Source: Nageia nagi
Lineage: Eukaryota > Plantae > Pinophyta
NCBI GenBank assembly: GCA_050084985.1
Contig: JBITNC010000001.1
Location: 160,952,001 to 161,016,000 of the forward strand
Direction: 5' to 3'
DNA length: 64,000 nucleotides
Part shown: piece after piece, positions 37,456 to 50,921 of the stretch
How the letters are laid out: each line of letters starts with the position of its first letter
Position numbering within the stretch: position 1 is the stretch's first letter
Made by a program: the position numbers and the translations under genes
The notes under the pieces: model-generated
The model's input: only the letters and a program-made list of their open reading frames with translations
Told to the model about the DNA's origin: nothing
Database searches by the model: none

Positions 37456-39952
37456 TGTAACATCCCTTTTGTACTATAGAGAAATAATGTAAGAGCCAAA
37501 AGGGAAGTCTTAATAACATCCCTTTTGGAGTTTGTTTTTTAGTTTGATTTGGGGTTTTTTTTTGTAGCATCCCTTTTGTACTATAGAAAAATAATATAGG
37601 AGCCAAAAGCGACATCTTAATAACATCCCTTTTGGAGTTGGTTTTGTAGTTTGATTTGTGGTTTTTTTTGTATAACTTGAGATAGGAATTAATTGATCCA
37701 TGGACCCCTTTGTGAGCCCCTAGTGGGGTGTATCCCTCCCAAGCGTAGAATAGGATAAATTAATGTACTTGGAGATCCCAAACTTGATTGTGGGAATCCC
37801 AAGATCTTGTATGCATTGATTAGCTAGGATAGAGGTTCACATCCTTGCACCAGCCTTGGGGAGCTCCCTAGACCCCACGTTCGCCATTCCAGACTCCTAG
37901 GCTTCCACGCATGACTCCAGACCCATGTGGGAATGCGTGGCCCTTCTAGACCTTGTGCTAGCATTTATGGCACCCAGGAATCCCACGTTGGCATGCATGA
38001 CACCTAGGCACCCATGTTGGGCATCCCGGACCCTTTGGAGGCTAACGTTGGGGCCTTAGAGACTAGTGATGATTTCGAGGTGAGATCCAGGAACTTGTGA
38101 AGAGTATAACAAGACTTGGAGACTCATTTGCTGGATAGACTTGATCATTATACCTTTACACTTCTACATTATCTAGTGGACACAACCTTAGCGGAGACTA
38201 AGTGTATTCCTTAGGTGCAGCACCTAAGAGGGTTGTCAAGCTAAGGGATCTTGGCAATCTACGGCATTGGTGGAGCACCTTTTCCCATCCGATGGTATCC
38301 GAGGTGGAGTTTCTACCACTCACGTGGTTATCCAGATCTGAGGAGGGCCCCTTTGGTGGGGAGGAGTCAGATTGTGAGGAGGCACTACTGTCCCACGTCC
38401 GTCCAGCAACATTAGGAGAGTTCGTCCAACCCAGTTCAGCTCCAAGGACATTGACGTCAACCCTTTGGGCTTGGTTGTGTATTCATTATCCATTGCATAT
38501 CATAATATAAGCCGTGGGCATTGGATCTCAATGTTTGTGTGTTGTATTATCCATCTTGTACATGCATGGTGCTAGTATTATTGTGAATTGTTGTAATTGG
38601 CCATTCGTTGGTATTGTGTGGAGTATATGTGCTTGGGAGACACGTCGCTGTCATTATTTAGTGGAATTGTGCTTGTGGGAGTCCAACGTTGGTATGTTGG
38701 GGTTTGTGTTGAATATTGTGTATGCCCTAGTTTGACAATTTGAATTGAATTCACTAATATTTGCTTGAGATCTGTTTTGGATCATTACAGTTTTGTATAA
38801 CTTGGGATAGGAATTAATTGGTCCATGGACCCCTTTGTGAGCCCCTAGTGGGGCGTATCCCTCCCAAGCGTAGAATAGGATAAATTAATGTACTTGGAGA
38901 TCCCAGATTTGATTGTGGGAATCCCAAGATATTGTATGCATTGCTTAGCTAGGATAGAGGTTCACATCCTTGCACAAGCCTTGGGGAGCTCCCTAGACCC
39001 CACGTTCGCCATTCCAGACTCCTAGGCTTCCACGCATGACTCCCAGACCCATGTGGGAATGCGTGGCCCTTCTAGACCTTGCGCTAGCATTTATGGCACC
39101 CAGGAATTCCACGGTATGCCTAACACCTAGGGACCCATGTTGGGCATCCTAGGCCCTCTGGAGGCTAACGTTGGGGCCTTAGAGCCTAGTGATGATTCCG
39201 AGGTGAGATCCAAGATGAAGTGAAGAGTATAAGAAGACTTGGAGGCTCATTTGCTAGATAGATTTGATCATTACACCTTTACACTTCTACATCGTTTGGT
39301 GGACACAACCTTAGTGGAGCATTAAGTGTATTCCTTAGGTGGAGCACCTAAGAGGTTTGTCAAGCAAAGGGATCTTGGTAATCTACAGCATTGGTGGAGC
39401 ACCTTTGCCCATCCAGTGGTATTTGAGGTGGAGTCTCTACCACTCACGTGGTTATCCAGATCTGAGGAGGGCCCCTTCGGTGGGGAGGAGTCAAATTGTG
39501 AGGAGGCGCTACTGTCCCACGTCCGTCCAGCAACATCAAGAGAGTTTGTCCGGCCCAGTTCAGCTCCCAGGAGGTTGGTGTCAACCCTTTGGGCTTGGTT
39601 TTGTATTGTTTCTCATTGTTCATCAATAATACAAGCCGTGGGCATTTGGATCTCAGCTATTGAACTATATTGTTCATATTTTGGTATCATTTGGCCTCAT
39701 TGTGCATGTGTGTGTTCAACGTTGGCATTGGTAACTTGTAATAGTTGTTTATTGTTGTAATTGGCCATTTGTTGGCATTGTGTGGTGTATTTGTGCTTGG
39801 GAGACACATCGTTGGCATTATTTAGTAGTATTGTATTTGTGGGAGTCCAACGTTGGCATACTAGGGTTTGTGTTGTATATTGTGGATGCCCTAGTTGACA
39901 ATCTGAATTGAATTTGCTCATATTTGTTTGAGATCTATTTTGGATCATTACA
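37456..39952 (+). mobile_element. Solo LTR (37456-37562 plus 38790-39952) with a same-family solo LTR nested inside
   Basis: TGTAACATCCC...TTTTGGATCATTACA ends; perfect TSD TAATA (37451-37455, 39953-39957). Confidence 0.92.
37563..38789 (+). mobile_element. Inner solo LTR (1227 bp), same family and orientation as its host
   Basis: TGTAGCATCCC...TTTTGGATCATTACA ends; TSD TTTTT/GTTTT in a poly-T tract; highly similar to the outer copy. Confidence 0.88.
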
Positions 39953-39985
39953 TAATATACCAAAAAAATAAAAATTAACAATAAC

Positions 39986-40268
39986 CATAGTAGGTAAACT
40001 TGGATTTGGCAAGCTTTTGGCTCAACAAAAACTCGTACTCAACAAAAGTTTTGCTAAAAACTCTTCAAAACTTAGGAATATAAAAAATATTAAAAAAACA
40101 TTTCAATTAACTCTGTAAAACTTGTAAATAATGGAAAAAATTGGCAAAAACTCAATCAAAACTTGTTCAACCTAAAAAAGTTGTGAGTTGAGTGTTAGTA
40201 CTCATTTTGATCAAGTGGACAAGATTACTCATGTGCACTCGCCAAACTCTGAGTGTTTCACTACTCTG
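39986..40268. mobile_element. hAT-like MITE
   Basis: TIRs CATAGTAGGTAAAC / CAGAGTAGTGAAAC (reverse complement); degraded 8-bp TSD ACAATAAC/ACCAGAAC; internal AAACTC/GAGT subterminal repeats. Confidence 0.55.
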
Positions 40269-40367
40269 ACCAGAACACATTTATTTTGGCCATAAGATGC
40301 ATCCACTAATCTATCACGAAAACAATAACTCTGCATATACAACTAGCGAACTTTATTAGATACAAGT

Positions 40368-43300
40368 TGTGTGGGTGCTTTAAGAGGCTAGAAAAGTGTC
40401 CCTTGAAGACCTCATTGTTGGAGGCTTCATCGTAAAGGATATAATGTTTAATACTTGTGCTTGTAATGTCCTTGCATAACACACATGCTTAAGTCCTATT
40501 ATTTAAAATGGAAAGTTCCTTGAACTCCCTCCATTTTACTTATTCCTCTCATATTTTTATGATTGCATACTCCTTGACTCATTCACCTCTTTAATCTGAT
40601 CTTCGCTTCTAAAGCTACAAATTTCTTAAAAGAAGCTATATAATTTTCTAAGCTTCAGTCTATCTCACACTTAAGAATTGATTTGAATTCTGCAACTGGA
40701 ATTGGCCTTCACATTATGCCATTGCCATATTGTTGTGCCCGCACAACAAGCCCCAAAATTTTTGCAAATTTTGAGGACCCAATTTTTGGCTAAGGCAATA
40801 GGAAGAAAAGGTTTGAGCAACCCAAGGTGATGAATTTCGACATCTCGGGGAGGTGGAGATTCAACAAGTGGAAAATACCAAGATTCGGGACAAGATCCCC
40901 TCAAAAATCTGAGTTTCCATCATTTTCACGTCATTCGAGGGTCTTAAAGGCATCAAAATCCTTGGGCGCACTTGTTCAAGCTCTTGAAAATGCAAGACTT
41001 GTTTGAGATGCGCCTAAAGCCCCTTGTGGACTAAGAAAAATTTTGAAAATCTTGTTTAGGCGCACCACTTTCACCTATTGACCTCAAGCACACCATTTTG
41101 AAGCCTTGAAAATGAAAGACCTTATTAAGATGTGCATATCCCCTTTAAGGACTTGTGAATGTGTTCATAACTCCTTTAAGGTCTTGAAATTGCAAGACAT
41201 GCTTGAGATGCGTCTACCTTAAAATGCATATAATTGAACCGAAAATCTAGCCAATGAAGAAGTGCCACCTATCAAGGATAGATCTATAAAAGCAACCTTA
41301 GTTCCCTTTCAGAATGCTCAAATTCGCTTAGGTGCACCTGTGCACCATCTTGGCCTCTTGACACAAGCACACCATTTTGAAGTCTTGGTTCTTAAAGGCC
41401 TTGTTCACATGCCCCTAAAGTCTTGTTCGCACCATTTCAAGTGCTTGGGTTTGCAAGGTCTTGGTTAGGTGCGCCTAGCCAATTTGGGCCAATTTCCCAA
41501 CGAAAATGAGATGACACATGGCAGGGAAAGATCTATATAAGTTGGATGAAACATTTCATTTGCACACCTCATGATTAGCATGGGCACACTTGTGGAAGCT
41601 CTCGACCTAAGGTGCATGTTTTTGAGGTCTTGAATTTGCATAAACCTGATAAGGTACGCCTGGTCCACTTCCTCCAATTTGCATATCATTTTTTGGCTAA
41701 GATACAAAGTGCATTTTCATTAGGCCAAACTATGGGCATATACCATGATGACATGTGTCATGATGAAAACTATAAATACCATTGCAAGGTACTCATTTTG
41801 CACATCATACTCAGAAACCAATTCTAGGCACTTCATTTCAAGGTCTTGAAATTTCAAAACAAGCTATAGGTGTGCCTAGCCTTAATGCACTCTCTTAAGC
41901 ATGAGAAATCATTCTATTGGACCTATTTGATTAAAACTTGACACCTGCCTCTAGAAACGCCTATATATGTCCAAGGCAAGGCACTTCATTTGCACATCAG
42001 ACACTCTAAGTTAAGTGGGATGCATCATTCAAAAATTTTGAAACTCCAAGAGGTGATTGAAGTGTGCCAAGTCATTGACATCAAAATCAAGGCACATCAT
42101 CTTAGGACCTTGGAATACCAAGAGATCTTTAACCTACGCCTAGCTTGCTTGCATCAAGTCTAAAGTTTTAAATGCATGCATTGGACCTACTATTTGACCA
42201 ATAACAAATTGACACATGTCACAACAAAAAACTATAAATATTGGTTCAAATCTCATTTGCATAACATTCTTCATAGCTAAACTGTGTGCTCCATTTCAAG
42301 ATCTTGAAATTTTAAGGCTAATTGGAGGTGCGCTTAGCCTGTAGGCACTCCTTTCAAGCATGAGAATTAATCCTATTGGATCAAATTGATGATCAATGGA
42401 GGGTGACAATTGTCCCGAAGTGTAACTTTAAATGTTGGTCTAAAACACTTCATTTGTACTTCAACCATCATAGGTTGAAATTGAGCACATAACTGAGACC
42501 CTTGAATTTGGAAAGGATATTGAGGAGTATTTGGTCCATATACATCAAAATTAAGGCACAAGGTATTCTTGCAAACTGAAGATGAGTTCATCCAAGGTAG
42601 GAATGGAGGTGAAGAAAGACAGTGAGGAGCAACTAACCAAGTTGATGAAAGATACTCAGATCACATCTGTAAGGAAAGAAGAAATATTACCCTCAGGGGT
42701 TCAATTCAATAATGCTTTGGCAAACATTAATAAAGAAGGAAATGAGGAACAACACAAAAGGGGAAAACAGACTAAACGAGGAGATAAGGAGATGGTAACA
42801 ACTGAGGGTGTCTCATCAAGGAAATTTGTTAATAAGAGAAAAGAGAAAAGATGACATTGATCTAGAAACTTGTATCAAAGTTTTACATGAAAACCCAAGT
42901 CAAACAGTGAGAGATGAATCTTCGTTGGACCATTATGTGGACACATTCATCTTCGTGCATAAAAATTATACACTATCTATTAGCAAAGTTTCTTTGAGGA
43001 AGAAACCCAGGAACCTTAGGATCTGGAAGTTTACACTCGAAAAATGGAAATAGGCAAGATCAATTCAACTGGTGGGAAACGTGTTGATAATATCAATATA
43101 GCCACCATGAAGACGAACGAGCTCCAGAAGGATTAGAGCTTTGAGAAGCATGGGACTTCCGAAAAAGAGATGTCAATTCTCTAAAGAATATTTACTTATG
43201 TTTGCAAAATTTTGGGACAGAATTGTTTTGTTAGCTTGGGCTGTGACAATGAGTTTTGCTCCCACAGGTCCAAACCTGGTTTCATTGTAATGGTGGATGT

Positions 43301-44251
43301 TATTTCAAGTAGTTTAGGCTTTACTTAAGTTGTTTTTATTTTGGTAGTATTAGGGCAATGCTTGAGGTTGGTGGGCATTAATTCTTGATGTCAAACATTT
43401 TAACTATATATACACGCTATGGGTCATTTTGTAATTAAGAATGTGATTGCTACTCTAGAGGAGAGCTTCTCTTTTATATCCATATTTCCAATTTCTAGAT
43501 TGAAGTCCTAATTTGAAGACTATTGCAATTGGTCTCATTTTTGGAGTTGTGGATGTTGTTTATGAGATTGGTCTCATTTGCATTGTTTCATGAGCTTGTG
43601 TTCACTTTCCTTGAAAACTCTGAGTTTTAGGAAAGGATGATTGAAAATCTTTCAAAGTTGTTGGATCATTGCTTTCTGCAATTTGCATGTTCAATTATTG
43701 TATTCTGGCTATATTTATCCTCTGTCATTTGATTAGTAGTCATTCAAAATGTAGTGATTTCACTTTTGTTTCATCCATCGCCAAGTTGTTTGTGAAGGAT
43801 CAAATTGCTTTGTGCTCACACTTAGTTGCAATTTGGATCATACATTTGCTCCTAAGTTTGATGAAAGAATGATTCTTCTTTCTAAATCTGAAGATTAAAT
43901 CGCTTAGACAATGCAATACTGGTGTTGAGTTCCATTGCAAACTTATCTCAAACTTCTTACACCATTCTCAATTTTTGTTTTCTTTGTTTCTTTCATCTTT
44001 TTGAATTAAAAAACAACTTTTAATCTTTGTGAGACACTTCAGATGCCTTAAAAAATCGGTTAACAATCATTACCTCTTCCTCTTTACTGAACTATACCAG
44101 ATTTCACCATCAAACATAGCACACCATCAACATAAACCTTGGGGTAAGAGTCCTTTCAAGTAGAGGCAGGTAACGCTGTCTCAGCCAGATGTAGGATGCT
44201 TTCCCATTTTTTCATTCCTAGGTGATATTAGGAAATAAAAACATTCCAACA
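40368..44251. mobile_element. Probable large (about 3.9 kb) solo-LTR-like repeat with internal degenerate repeats
   Basis: TG...CCAACA ends; recurrent GCGCCTAG, GCACCATTT and GTCTTGAAATTGCAAGAC motifs at 40950-42400; shares motifs with 46200-47885 in reverse; no TSD established. Confidence 0.45.
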
Positions 44252-45089
44252 CATACTACGCCTCTTACGGTGGCTGGAGATACTTTTATGTGACATGGTT
44301 TGCTCTCTCTTGAGTAACCTACAATGCAATTCACATCACTTACAGTATCTGAATTGATCATCTATTTGCAAATTAAATGTTTATAGATTGTGCATACAAC
44401 CTCTTAAAATTGATTTATCAGTAAACCATGTTTGATACTTTCTTATATACTCAAGAGTGGACTATTTCTGAATTTCACTCACTTAGCTTTTAAGTTACTA
44501 GGGAATTTTGAGATTTGTTTCACCGCTGGGATCCATCCCTAAGCTGTCCGAAAGCATCCCCTTGTACAAACTGCCTCAATTGGTTGTTGTCATCGCCACT
44601 TGCTTTGCCTGCTTATATGTAGTTCATTTGGATATGAAATTATTGCTTTTATTTTTCTTTTGTACAGTTTTCTTCATCTATTGGCACACTCCTATTTCCT
44701 GTATTTTGAATTTTTATTTTCATTTTATTTTGAAATCTGCAAATGCTCTCAAGTGTAAATGATAGCCAACCGAATTCACTAATCTATCATTCTGCTACGA
44801 TACAACATTTTAGCATTCCCAACAACAGCAAAATGCTAACAGAAAAAGCAATGGAATTCTACATTCTTACACAACAGAAGAAAAGTGGAAAGAATCACTA
44901 TCAATTCAAGATAAAAAGCTTTGTTTCTCATATTACATAATTAAATAAAATTATTTCAAATTTGGAAATTATATAGTGTCTTTCAAAAGTCCTGAATCTA
45001 TTCTTTTCCTCCGACAATTAGTTCATCAAGAGTACAAACTGTAAATAATGTACACCATTAAAAAGGCCATTTCTTGAAGAGTAACTTAC

Positions 45090-45149
45090 CATAGAATCTC
45101 TCCACGCACACAACTTCCTCACAAGCTGCCCAAACCTACCATCTTTAAG
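45090..45149 (-). CDS. RRP6L3: RRP6L3 exon D (LKDGRFGQLVRKLCAWRDSM; start of HRDC domain)
   Basis: TTTTACCAG| acceptor, |GTAAGT donor; 60 nt, phase 0/0; LxxWRD HRDC motif; 88-nt intron to exon C. Confidence 0.9.
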
Positions 45150-45237
45150 CTGGTAAAACCAATTCATTCAGTAAACTTATGAATGCAATATTACACTATT
45201 CAATTGTAAAAGAGTATCCTTGCAATTTGAATCTTAC

Positions 45238-45440
45238 CTTCGGCTCCCTTGCCTTGTAAGAACATGCCCCTTGACTGCTATAATAGCGTGACAAAATAGA
45301 TGCTGCAGCAGATTCTCCACCAAAACCGACTCCATCCTTCTCATACAATTGCAGTGTTATCAAATTAGAACGACGAGCAACTTCCTCAAACAAACTTGGG
45401 CATACAGAGTCACTGTATGTATTTTCCAATGCATCCTCAT
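45238..45440 (-). CDS. RRP6L3: RRP6L3 exon C (DEDALENT...FEEVARRSNLITLQLYEK...AREPK)
   Basis: GTGCAG| acceptor, |GTAAGA donor; 203 nt, phase 1/0 restores the frame; the RRSxxxxLQLYEK motif follows the exonuclease domain in Rrp6 proteins. Confidence 0.9.
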
Positions 45441-45763
45441 CTGCACTTATCCAAAGCATCTTCATTGTCATGTAAAAAATATCTTCATAAATCAAACAAC
45501 CATACTAACAAATTGAAACACGAAAGGAGTAGGTCAATAAAGAATAAAGTAACACTATTGGATATATAATGTTATTAAAATAAGAATGCCAGCAAGGGCA
45601 ATATGATAGAAACAGGAAAGAACCAATTCCTTAAGAAATTTTATATCCCATACAAAGTGCATACACAGCGCACCCACCCCCCACATTTTAATTTTTATCT
45701 TAAAACTTCAATTAAATTTGTCACATTAAACAAAATTATAGATTTTAATTCCTTAAAATTTAG

Positions 45764-46153
45764 AATATTTATAAAATATTTGAGTTTTCTTTGGCACGTT
45801 TTTCTCGAGTCGTCAAATACTCTCGAAATCTGAGTTTTCCAACTATGGTTAATTGTAGGTTTCACAGAGTCCCTTCACATATGTCAAAATTTTGCAAATC
45901 CATGTTTCTTAACAATTGAGGTATGTTTCAAAATCATGTTTTATAAATATTTTAGATATTTATAAAATATTCGAGTTTTTTTGCCAAGTTTTTCTCAAGT
46001 CGTCAAATACTCTCTAAATCCAAGTTTTCCAACTATGGTTCTTTTTGGATGTGTTTACACTAACCACATTAACAAAATTCTAGGTTTCACAAAGTCCCTT
46101 CACATATTTCAAAATTTCACAAATCCATGTTTCTTAACAATTGAGGTATGTTT
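45764..46153. repeat. Local tandem duplication of about 190-225 bp that includes a MITE-like end (TTCCAACTATG)
   Basis: 45764-45850 repeats at 45955-46040, and 45856-45928 repeats at 46081-46153. Confidence 0.85.
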
Positions 46154-46199
46154 TAGCAAATTTTCTTAGTTATTTTTTTTGAATATAATCATCAGCATA

Positions 46200-47885
46200 A
46201 AACATATTTGCACACACATGCACAAGGAAAAAATTATTATGCTTATTAGTTTCTCTTGGGAAGGAAATATTTCCTCTAACAAAGAGTCATCGCGAGATGG
46301 CTAAATGGGAAAGCAACCCAGCATGTAGGTGAGATAGCATTACCTATCCCCTCTTGGAAGGACTGATACCCTAAGGTTTCTTTGAAGTTGCGTTGGTATG
46401 CAAATTTTGTAGTAACTCTTTGGAATTAGTTCAATGATTTTATAGAGGTAATGGAAGTTAACTCACGTTTTACAAGGCCTACTGGAGTTTTTGTGCAATG
46501 ATCGAAAGTTGGTTTACTTTTTAAAGAAAGTGTAAAAGAAAGCATAAATTGAGAATGATTCAACACTCGTTAGATATCAAAATGACTATTACAATGAAGC
46601 AGTGTCTAAATTGTTAACTTTCTAAATCAAATAAGAAGTTTCATTCAATTCTATCTAAGTTGGAGATAAATGAAAAAAGTCCAAGTTATCTTCAAGCTAA
46701 AGCATGGAGTAAAGCTGACAGTCGATACTCTGAAAACGGGACCTATGAGCAATCAACTGACATTGATACAAGAACAACATTCACTGACTAAGTTTGAATG
46801 AAAACTTCTAAGTTGATGACATAGAAAATAAAAAAAATTCAGAATATTTTCATTTAAACATGCAAGTTGTGAACAAGCAACTATCTAAAGATAATTCAGA
46901 ATACTTTCATTTAAAAGTTCCAAGGTTAAAGATGCTTGCAATTTGGTCCTCCACGAGCCCATGTGCTCAAATTTTGCATTTGGATAAGATTAAAATCGTG
47001 CCTTTTAGCTCTAGGCACATGTTTTCAAGCTTTGTGATCATCAAACCTCAAACATTTGCGCCTAGCCTTGGAGGGTGTGATTTTGGTCATATTTGCAAAC
47101 TTAAAATCACTTGAATTTGGACCTTTCACCACCTTGCATGCTCAATTTTTTTATTCCTAAAGTCCAATTTTGATCAATTTTCCTCCAAGCTTTGATAACA
47201 TCAAAGTTCTCAAAATGTCGCCTAGATTTTGGATGGAGCAAACTTGGTCATTTTTTGAAACTTGTAAGGTTAAAGATGCTCAAAATTAGGTCCTTCATTA
47301 GCTCATATCTTCAAAATTCCTCTTTGCCAAAGTTCAAACTTGGTTTGAACTCTAGGCACAATTTTCCAAGCTTTTGAAGACACAACTCAAAAAACTACCC
47401 CTTGATACAGATTTTGCATTTTTGGTTGGTTTCGAGAAATTCCAAGTTTGAAAATACTTGCCATGACCTCCTCTATAAACCCATAAGATCACATCTTCCA
47501 TTTGGTGAAGATCAAATCTGAGCTCATTTTCCATCTACACATAGTCTCATGTCTATCCTTGCCAAATCTTCAAGAATTGTGCCCGTTGCTTAAGAATGCC
47601 ACTCTTTGGAGTTAGGGATCCTGAGAGCTCCAAAACTGATGGCCTAGCACCCTGAACTATCTCACTTCCTCCTATAAATGATCTCCCTGTATTATTTCTC
47701 ATTTAGCCACTTTGAATCTTCAAGACCATCTCGATTTAGTCATCCCTTAGGCAATTTACTTTATTGCCTAAGCAAAAATAGGGTTTTCAAAATCTTTTAT
47801 TTTTGGGTGTCTTGTGCGGGCACAAGAGTTTCTCAAAAAAATAAAAACCTTTCAGTAGTGTTACAACAGCTAGTAAAAACACACA
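46200..47885. mobile_element. LTR-like repeat related to 40368-44251, in the opposite orientation
   Basis: 46303-46353 is the reverse complement of a motif at 44163-44209; TTGTGCGGGCACAA at about 47812 is the reverse complement of TTGTGCCCGCACAA at about 40733; boundaries approximate. Confidence 0.45.
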
Positions 47886-47899
47886 AACAAATACCGCCT

Positions 47900-50300
47900 T
47901 AGTTTTCTCCACCTCACTCTACCAAGTCATCCCTATGTCGTACTCCCCTAGAGATGCATGGTTACCACGTCAAAGTATCCATAAAACTACTCAAGGACAT
48001 TTCCTTTGTAAACGTCCCTTGTGTAGCCTAAAACAAGAGAATCCTGCACTTTCCCTTGTAGTAGGCCAATGTACTTCTTGCTTGAGAAAGCTCAACTATT
48101 AGGTTCTCACGCATTGCTTTCTCCAACTAAAAAAGTTGTCCATAGGTCTCTTACTGCGAGCATACTCACTCTCACAACTTCTTCAAAACTTGCCTAGATG
48201 CATCCTCCCATAATCATTTCACCTCAAACATCAATTGTTGCACTTGCCATCTAGATCACAAACATGCAACTTCTCACCCTCCAATGTTATCTCTAGATAC
48301 AAACTTTGAGTTTTAAGAAAGGATGATCTAGACCTTGGCCTCTTGCATCGTCTTTTGCAGCTACTAAATGATGGCCAATGGAGCCCCTCTCTAAACTCTT
48401 AGTGCTTTCAATCTCAATTTGAAACTATAATAGAATGTTTGTCTTATCCGGGAACAGTTCAAGACATTATACATCAATCTGACCAAACATTTTTCTCTAA
48501 GACGCATGAGAGCTCTATTAAAGGGCTCCCTCGCTTCACAAGGTACAGTTAAATTTCCACTTATAGGACCTCAAGCCAATCTAGGGTTCAGCAATTGTAG
48601 TTTTAGAGGTGTACCCTTCTTAGTCACAGATTGCTTGCTTCTTAGGATTCAAGCGGAGGGTATTAACACTTATGCATGCTGCATTTGGGTTTCTCTTATG
48701 AGGGCCCCTCCTCTTAGGAGAGTTTATATTGTTGAATGTTACATCCCTCCAATTTATTATATCTTTGAGCTATGCTATTCATGATGCAAGAAAGTTCCCT
48801 TACCTTGACCTCTACCCAAAGATTACTAGATACTTTATTTAGGTGAGATTATGCTTATGGGTGACGTCAATGATAGGACAGGGAATTCATAGACACGGAA
48901 CTTTGATAGTAGCATGGACCTACTCCACACTCACGCTCTACTATTTCTGAGGGATTCAACGAACTCCACACCCAAGCTATGGCAAATTCGCTCAGTCAAA
49001 CCCACAATCTTCCAATTCTCAATGGTATTGCTCGGTTCCCCAAGCCTAGCACCACACTTGATTCCCTCATGTAGGAGGTTCCAATGTCGTGGATTACATC
49101 CTTCTCAATCCCTCCCTCATAACGCATCTCCAATCCTTCCGAGTTGCCCCTCACCTCCCTCTTGCAAACAATGCACACCTTATCTTCTACTTGCTAGAAG
49201 ACTTTCTCCATTGTCATTTGCATGGTCCTAGTGGTGACACAGTCAAACTCCCCTCCAGGGCCCTGGCTTCCTCGATTGATATAGTCGCTCAAGGATGTTG
49301 TCAATGTTGGTTTGTCAAGGTTACTGAGACTCTAGAAAATTGGTTTCTCTCTCGACAAGCTACCCTACACCCTAGGGTGGTTTGAGTAGTTCCATAGCAA
49401 ACTCTTTGACAAAGCTCCATGAGATGATCTACAGGGCCTTCATCCCCACCACTTGGATCTCACCCCTTGATGCCCAAGTAGGCGCATTATTCATAGTAGT
49501 ATCTCCAAATCGTTGGAGGGTTGATCCTCTCATCTAGATACATCAACTTATATCTCCCCCTTGGATTGAGGATGTTTCTTGGCCAATTTTGAGTTTGCTC
49601 TCACCAATTGAGGATCCTAGCTTGTGATCTATGTGTTTGTATACTTTGTTTGATTGATACTATGTCTGAGGAACACTTCATCTTCCGATGTTTAGTCTAC
49701 TATGAGATTCAAGGCCTGTATCATTGCCTCTTTCGAGACTCCCACGATTCGCTATTTGCCTTTCTTTGGTACCATTATCAATGTTGCTTAGCTCTTTACT
49801 TCAAAGAGGCCTTCCTTTTACATAAGCATCTTCTAGTCACACCCAGCATCCAATAATGGATTGTCGCATTACATTGTTTTTTCAAGCTTCTTCTATCAAG
49901 ACAGTACGCAAGCAATGACAAGATAATTCTCCAAACCCCACATGTTGTACTAGTAGATGACACTAGGACAGCCAAACTACATTGAGGACCAATCATATCC
50001 TTTCCTTCCTCCCCAATAGCAATTCCATCAGCTCATCCTTCTAGGACCAATGAGATCTTTGCTCAAAGAAGGGAGCACCTATCCCCTGGAGAGACCCAAG
50101 ATGCTTCCCCGACTGTTCTATCCTTTTTTGCTTCTCCTTGCCTTTAGGGTTTGGAGCACTTTTGTATGGGGTGCATTTATTTTATGTTGCTTTATGCTTT
50201 CTATTTGTTTGGGCCCTTTTAGAGGCCTTACTAGAGTATGGATCATAATTGTACATGCAAATCCCATTGATCGCCTTTGGTCACCCGGACATTAATATAT
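47900..50300 (+). mobile_element. Heavily decayed, internally deleted non-L1 LINE (endonuclease remnant and C-terminal zinc-finger remnant)
   Basis: ECYIPP, GEIMLMGDVNDRTG and NVVDYILL (APE endonuclease motifs) at 48730-49110; HQLRI...C..C...EEHFIFRCLVYYEI at 49600-49720. Confidence 0.7.
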
Positions 50301-50800
50301 TTTCTTTCTTTCTTTCTACTTTTATCTATCAATTTTACAATAACCTAGTTTGTTATATCTGATTTTGCATATTTCCATTAATCTATTTTTAATTCCATAG
50401 GCATAATATATTGTATGTGTTTTAATAAATAATTCTTTATTTAAAACCTATAATGCATAAAGCAAAGAGTAATGATAGCAATGCGTTTTCCAATAAATTT
50501 TTGGCTACCTTCTATTGCTACTCCTGGTCTTAATACATATTATCATTTATGAGAGCTTTTCTAGTCCACTTTATTAAGAATTTTGAGAAACCATTTGTTG
50601 AGGACTCATGATAAAAGTATTTTGAAAATGTGTGGCATGTCATTGGCATTATAACCATTGCTAAATATGATCTCTCTACAGACAGAACAAACGACTAGTC
50701 ACAACTTGAATCCATTTTAGCCGGTTTAATTGACAATTGTAAACTACTGAATGGTTATTACAATAGATTTGTGCAATGAATCATCCAGACAAATGCATAC

Positions 50801-50921
50801 CCAGTTTAATTCCGTTAAGCTCAGCACAAAGGCAATCTGCAATGTAAAGTAGATAGTGCGCATCAATACATGCATACTGGACCATTTCATTTGGTAAAGG
50901 ACGAAGTCGCCAATCCGCACG
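50801..50921 (-). CDS. RRP6L3: RRP6L3 exon B ([40 protein letters not shown]; ExoIII YxxxD motif)
   Basis: TTACTGCAG| acceptor, |GTATGC donor; 121 nt, phase 0/1; DWRxRPL...YAxxDxHYL is the Rrp6/RNase D signature; this frame is not in the ORF track. Confidence 0.93.

Noticed and set aside
38202-39760. Duplicated protein-coding genes (102 aa and 144 aa ORFs)
   Set aside because: Both lie inside two copies of the same LTR, start at GTG, and show no domain signal.
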